Assembly (NCBI GenBank): GCA_963715335.1
Contig: CAVQRZ010000005.1
Location: forward strand, 32,001-96,000
From: an uncultured delta proteobacterium
GTDB taxonomy: Bacteria; Desulfobacterota; Desulfuromonadia; Desulfuromonadales; BM103
Direction: 5' to 3'
DNA: 64,000 nt
A program made the translations under genes and the position numbers. This document shows positions 62,398 to 64,000 of this stretch, piece after piece; positions within the stretch are counted from its first letter, which is position 1; every line of letters starts with the position of its first letter. The notes beneath the pieces were generated by a model. It worked only from the letters and a program-made list of their open reading frames with translations, was not told the DNA's origin and did no database searches.

Positions 62398-63200
62398 CAG
62401 CAGAAGCCCATGAGCCTGGCCGCAACATCCTGCGGCTTGCTCAGAAACGGCGCATGCCCGATGCCGTGGAATGGCACGTATTCTCCGTGAGGAAGCATGT
62501 CCGCCATGGCCTGTCCGGCACCGACCGGCGAGATCCGGTCAAGTTCACCGTGCAGCACCATCGCAGGGATACGGATGTTGTAGAGGATGTCGCGTTGATC
62601 CTGTTCGGCCAGCATGTTGAGGAGCGCAATGGCAACCTCCTGATCAGGTAAAGAGCTGGCCCGCACCGCAAAATTGCGGATCGTCCGCAACCTGTCGATC
62701 GAGATTCTTTCGCCGGCGAAGGTCAGGGCAAAGAACTCGGCCAAGGTTGATTCGAACTGCCTCTTGAGATTTCTGACCATGGCACGGACCTGGCTGACCG
62801 GCAGACCGAACGGCCAGTCGTTGCCCGCAGTGAACTTCGGCGTCGAACCGATCAGTACCAGCCGATTCACCGCAAGTTGCCCCTCACTGGCGATCTGCAA
62901 GGAGAGCATCCCCCCCAGAGACCAGCCTGCCAGTGTAACCGGTTCTGTTTCAAGAGCCGCCAACCAGTCCGTCAGGACAGCAGTAAGCCCGGCAAGATCA
63001 TTCCGCCCGGCAGGCGAAGACTTACCATGACCTGGAAGGTCCGGGACCAGAACACGGAAATTCACGGCGAGCAGGCCGGCGAGTTCCTGGAAGGCCGCCG
63101 CCGACATGGCCCAGCCGTGCAAGAGCACCAGCGGCCTGCCCTGACCGGTCTCGTACCAGGTCAGTTGACGTCCGTCAGTACGCTGGAACTGTCTTGCCCT
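62397..63200 (-). CDS. bioH: Pimeloyl-ACP methyl ester carboxylesterase
   Basis: LHGWAM, DLPGHG, GWSLGG, GHAPFLS; lies between bioF and bioC. Confidence 0.85.
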   Translation of the reverse strand, partial: RARQFQRTDGRQLTWYETGQGRPLVLLHGWAMSAAAFQELAGLLAVNFRVLVPDLPGHGKSSPAGRNDLAGLTAVLTDWLAALETEPVTLAGWSLGGMLSLQIASEGQLAVNRLVLIGSTPKFTAGNDWPFGLPVSQVRAMVRNLKRQFESTLAEFFALTFAGERISIDRLRTIRNFAVRASSLPDQEVAIALLNMLAEQDQRDILYNIRIPAMVLHGELDRISPVGAGQAMADMLPHGEYVPFHGIGHAPFLSKPQDVAARLMGFC

Positions 63201-64000
63201 CATCCGGTGCACTCGCCGTAAACATCAAGGATTTTTCCAACCGCGGCCGACAGTTCGGTTAGCGAGTGACTGGCCATGACGGTTGCCCGCAACCGACAGA
63301 GCCCGGGGGGCACGGTAGGTGGTCGAACCCCCTGCAGAAAAACCCCTTTTTCGAGAAGCCGTTCCGTCATTTTCATGGTCGATTCTGGTTCCCGCGTCAA
63401 CACTGGAACGATCTGGGTGGTACTGCCGAGCAGATCCATTCCACCAGCTGTCAACAGCCCGGCGAACAGGGTGCGATTCTCATCAAGCTTCCGGCGAAGA
63501 CGCCGTCCTTCATCGCTGTCAACCAGCTCAAGTGCGGCCAAGGCCGCGGCCGGAACTCCTGGCGGCAGGCTGGTAGAGAAGATGAAAGAGCGGCTGCGAT
63601 TGATCAGCGTGTCGATGATGACCCGGTCTGCAGCCAGGTAAGCGCCTGCGCAACCAAGGGCCTTGCCGAGCGTTCCCATATGCAGGTCGATGCGCTCGAG
63701 ACAGCCAAGAGCTTCGCCGGTCCCTCGGCCGTTCCGACCCGAAACGCCGGTTCCGTGGGCATCATCCACCATCAGCAGTGCGTCAAACTGGTCTTTCAGG
63801 TCACAAAGCTCAGGCAATGGGGCAACATCCCCATCCATACTGAAAACACCATCGGTGACAATCAGCCAGCGACCCTTACGCAAGGGCTTTTCCCGCGCCA
63901 TGAGTTCTGCCAGGGCGACGTGGTCACAGTGGGGGTAAACCACTGTGCGTGCGCGGGCCAATCTACACCCATCAATGATGGAGGCATGATTCAGCTGATC
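63200..64000 (-). CDS. bioF: 8-amino-7-oxononanoate synthase (5' part outside the window)
   Basis: NHASIIDG, DGVFSMDGD, VDDAHG, GTLGKALG, RPPTVP. Confidence 0.92.
   Translation of the reverse strand, partial: DQLNHASIIDGCRLARARTVVYPHCDHVALAELMAREKPLRKGRWLIVTDGVFSMDGDVAPLPELCDLKDQFDALLMVDDAHGTGVSGRNGRGTGEALGCLERIDLHMGTLGKALGCAGAYLAADRVIIDTLINRSRSFIFSTSLPPGVPAAALAALELVDSDEGRRLRRKLDENRTLFAGLLTAGGMDLLGSTTQIVPVLTREPESTMKMTERLLEKGVFLQGVRPPTVPPGLCRLRATVMASHSLTELSAAVGKILDVYGECTG

Overview
Chromosomal window from what is most likely a Desulfuromonadia (Desulfuromonas/Geobacter-like) bacterium, inferred from the frdCAB operon type and a triheme cytochrome c7. Core content: frdCAB, rph-rdgB, amidase, lpxH, an M16 peptidase pair, hypF, an NtrC-type two-component system, a polyprenyl synthase, a full cbb3 oxidase cluster (ccoNOQPGHIS), a ppcA-like gene, glutaminase, a circularly permuted ATP-grasp/alpha-E/transglutaminase operon, CBS-PPase and bioF/H/C. 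Accessory parts: a decayed IS91-like element (8.4-9.8 kb), an AT-richer 20.9-25.4 kb block and a 40-44.5 kb block of small genes. Many genes carry single-base frameshifts that look like sequencing error. Two non-coding signals stand out. (1) A family of promoter-hairpin-terminator units with anti-Shine-Dalgarno (CCUCCU) loops, which are candidate small RNAs (about 21.0, 39.9, 42.4, 57.3 and 57.5 kb). (2) A degenerate ~100-bp direct repeat in six copies, five of which delimit unrelated gene cassettes at 21.4-25.1 kb. No rRNA, tRNA or CRISPR array was recognised. All calls were made by eye with no database searches.
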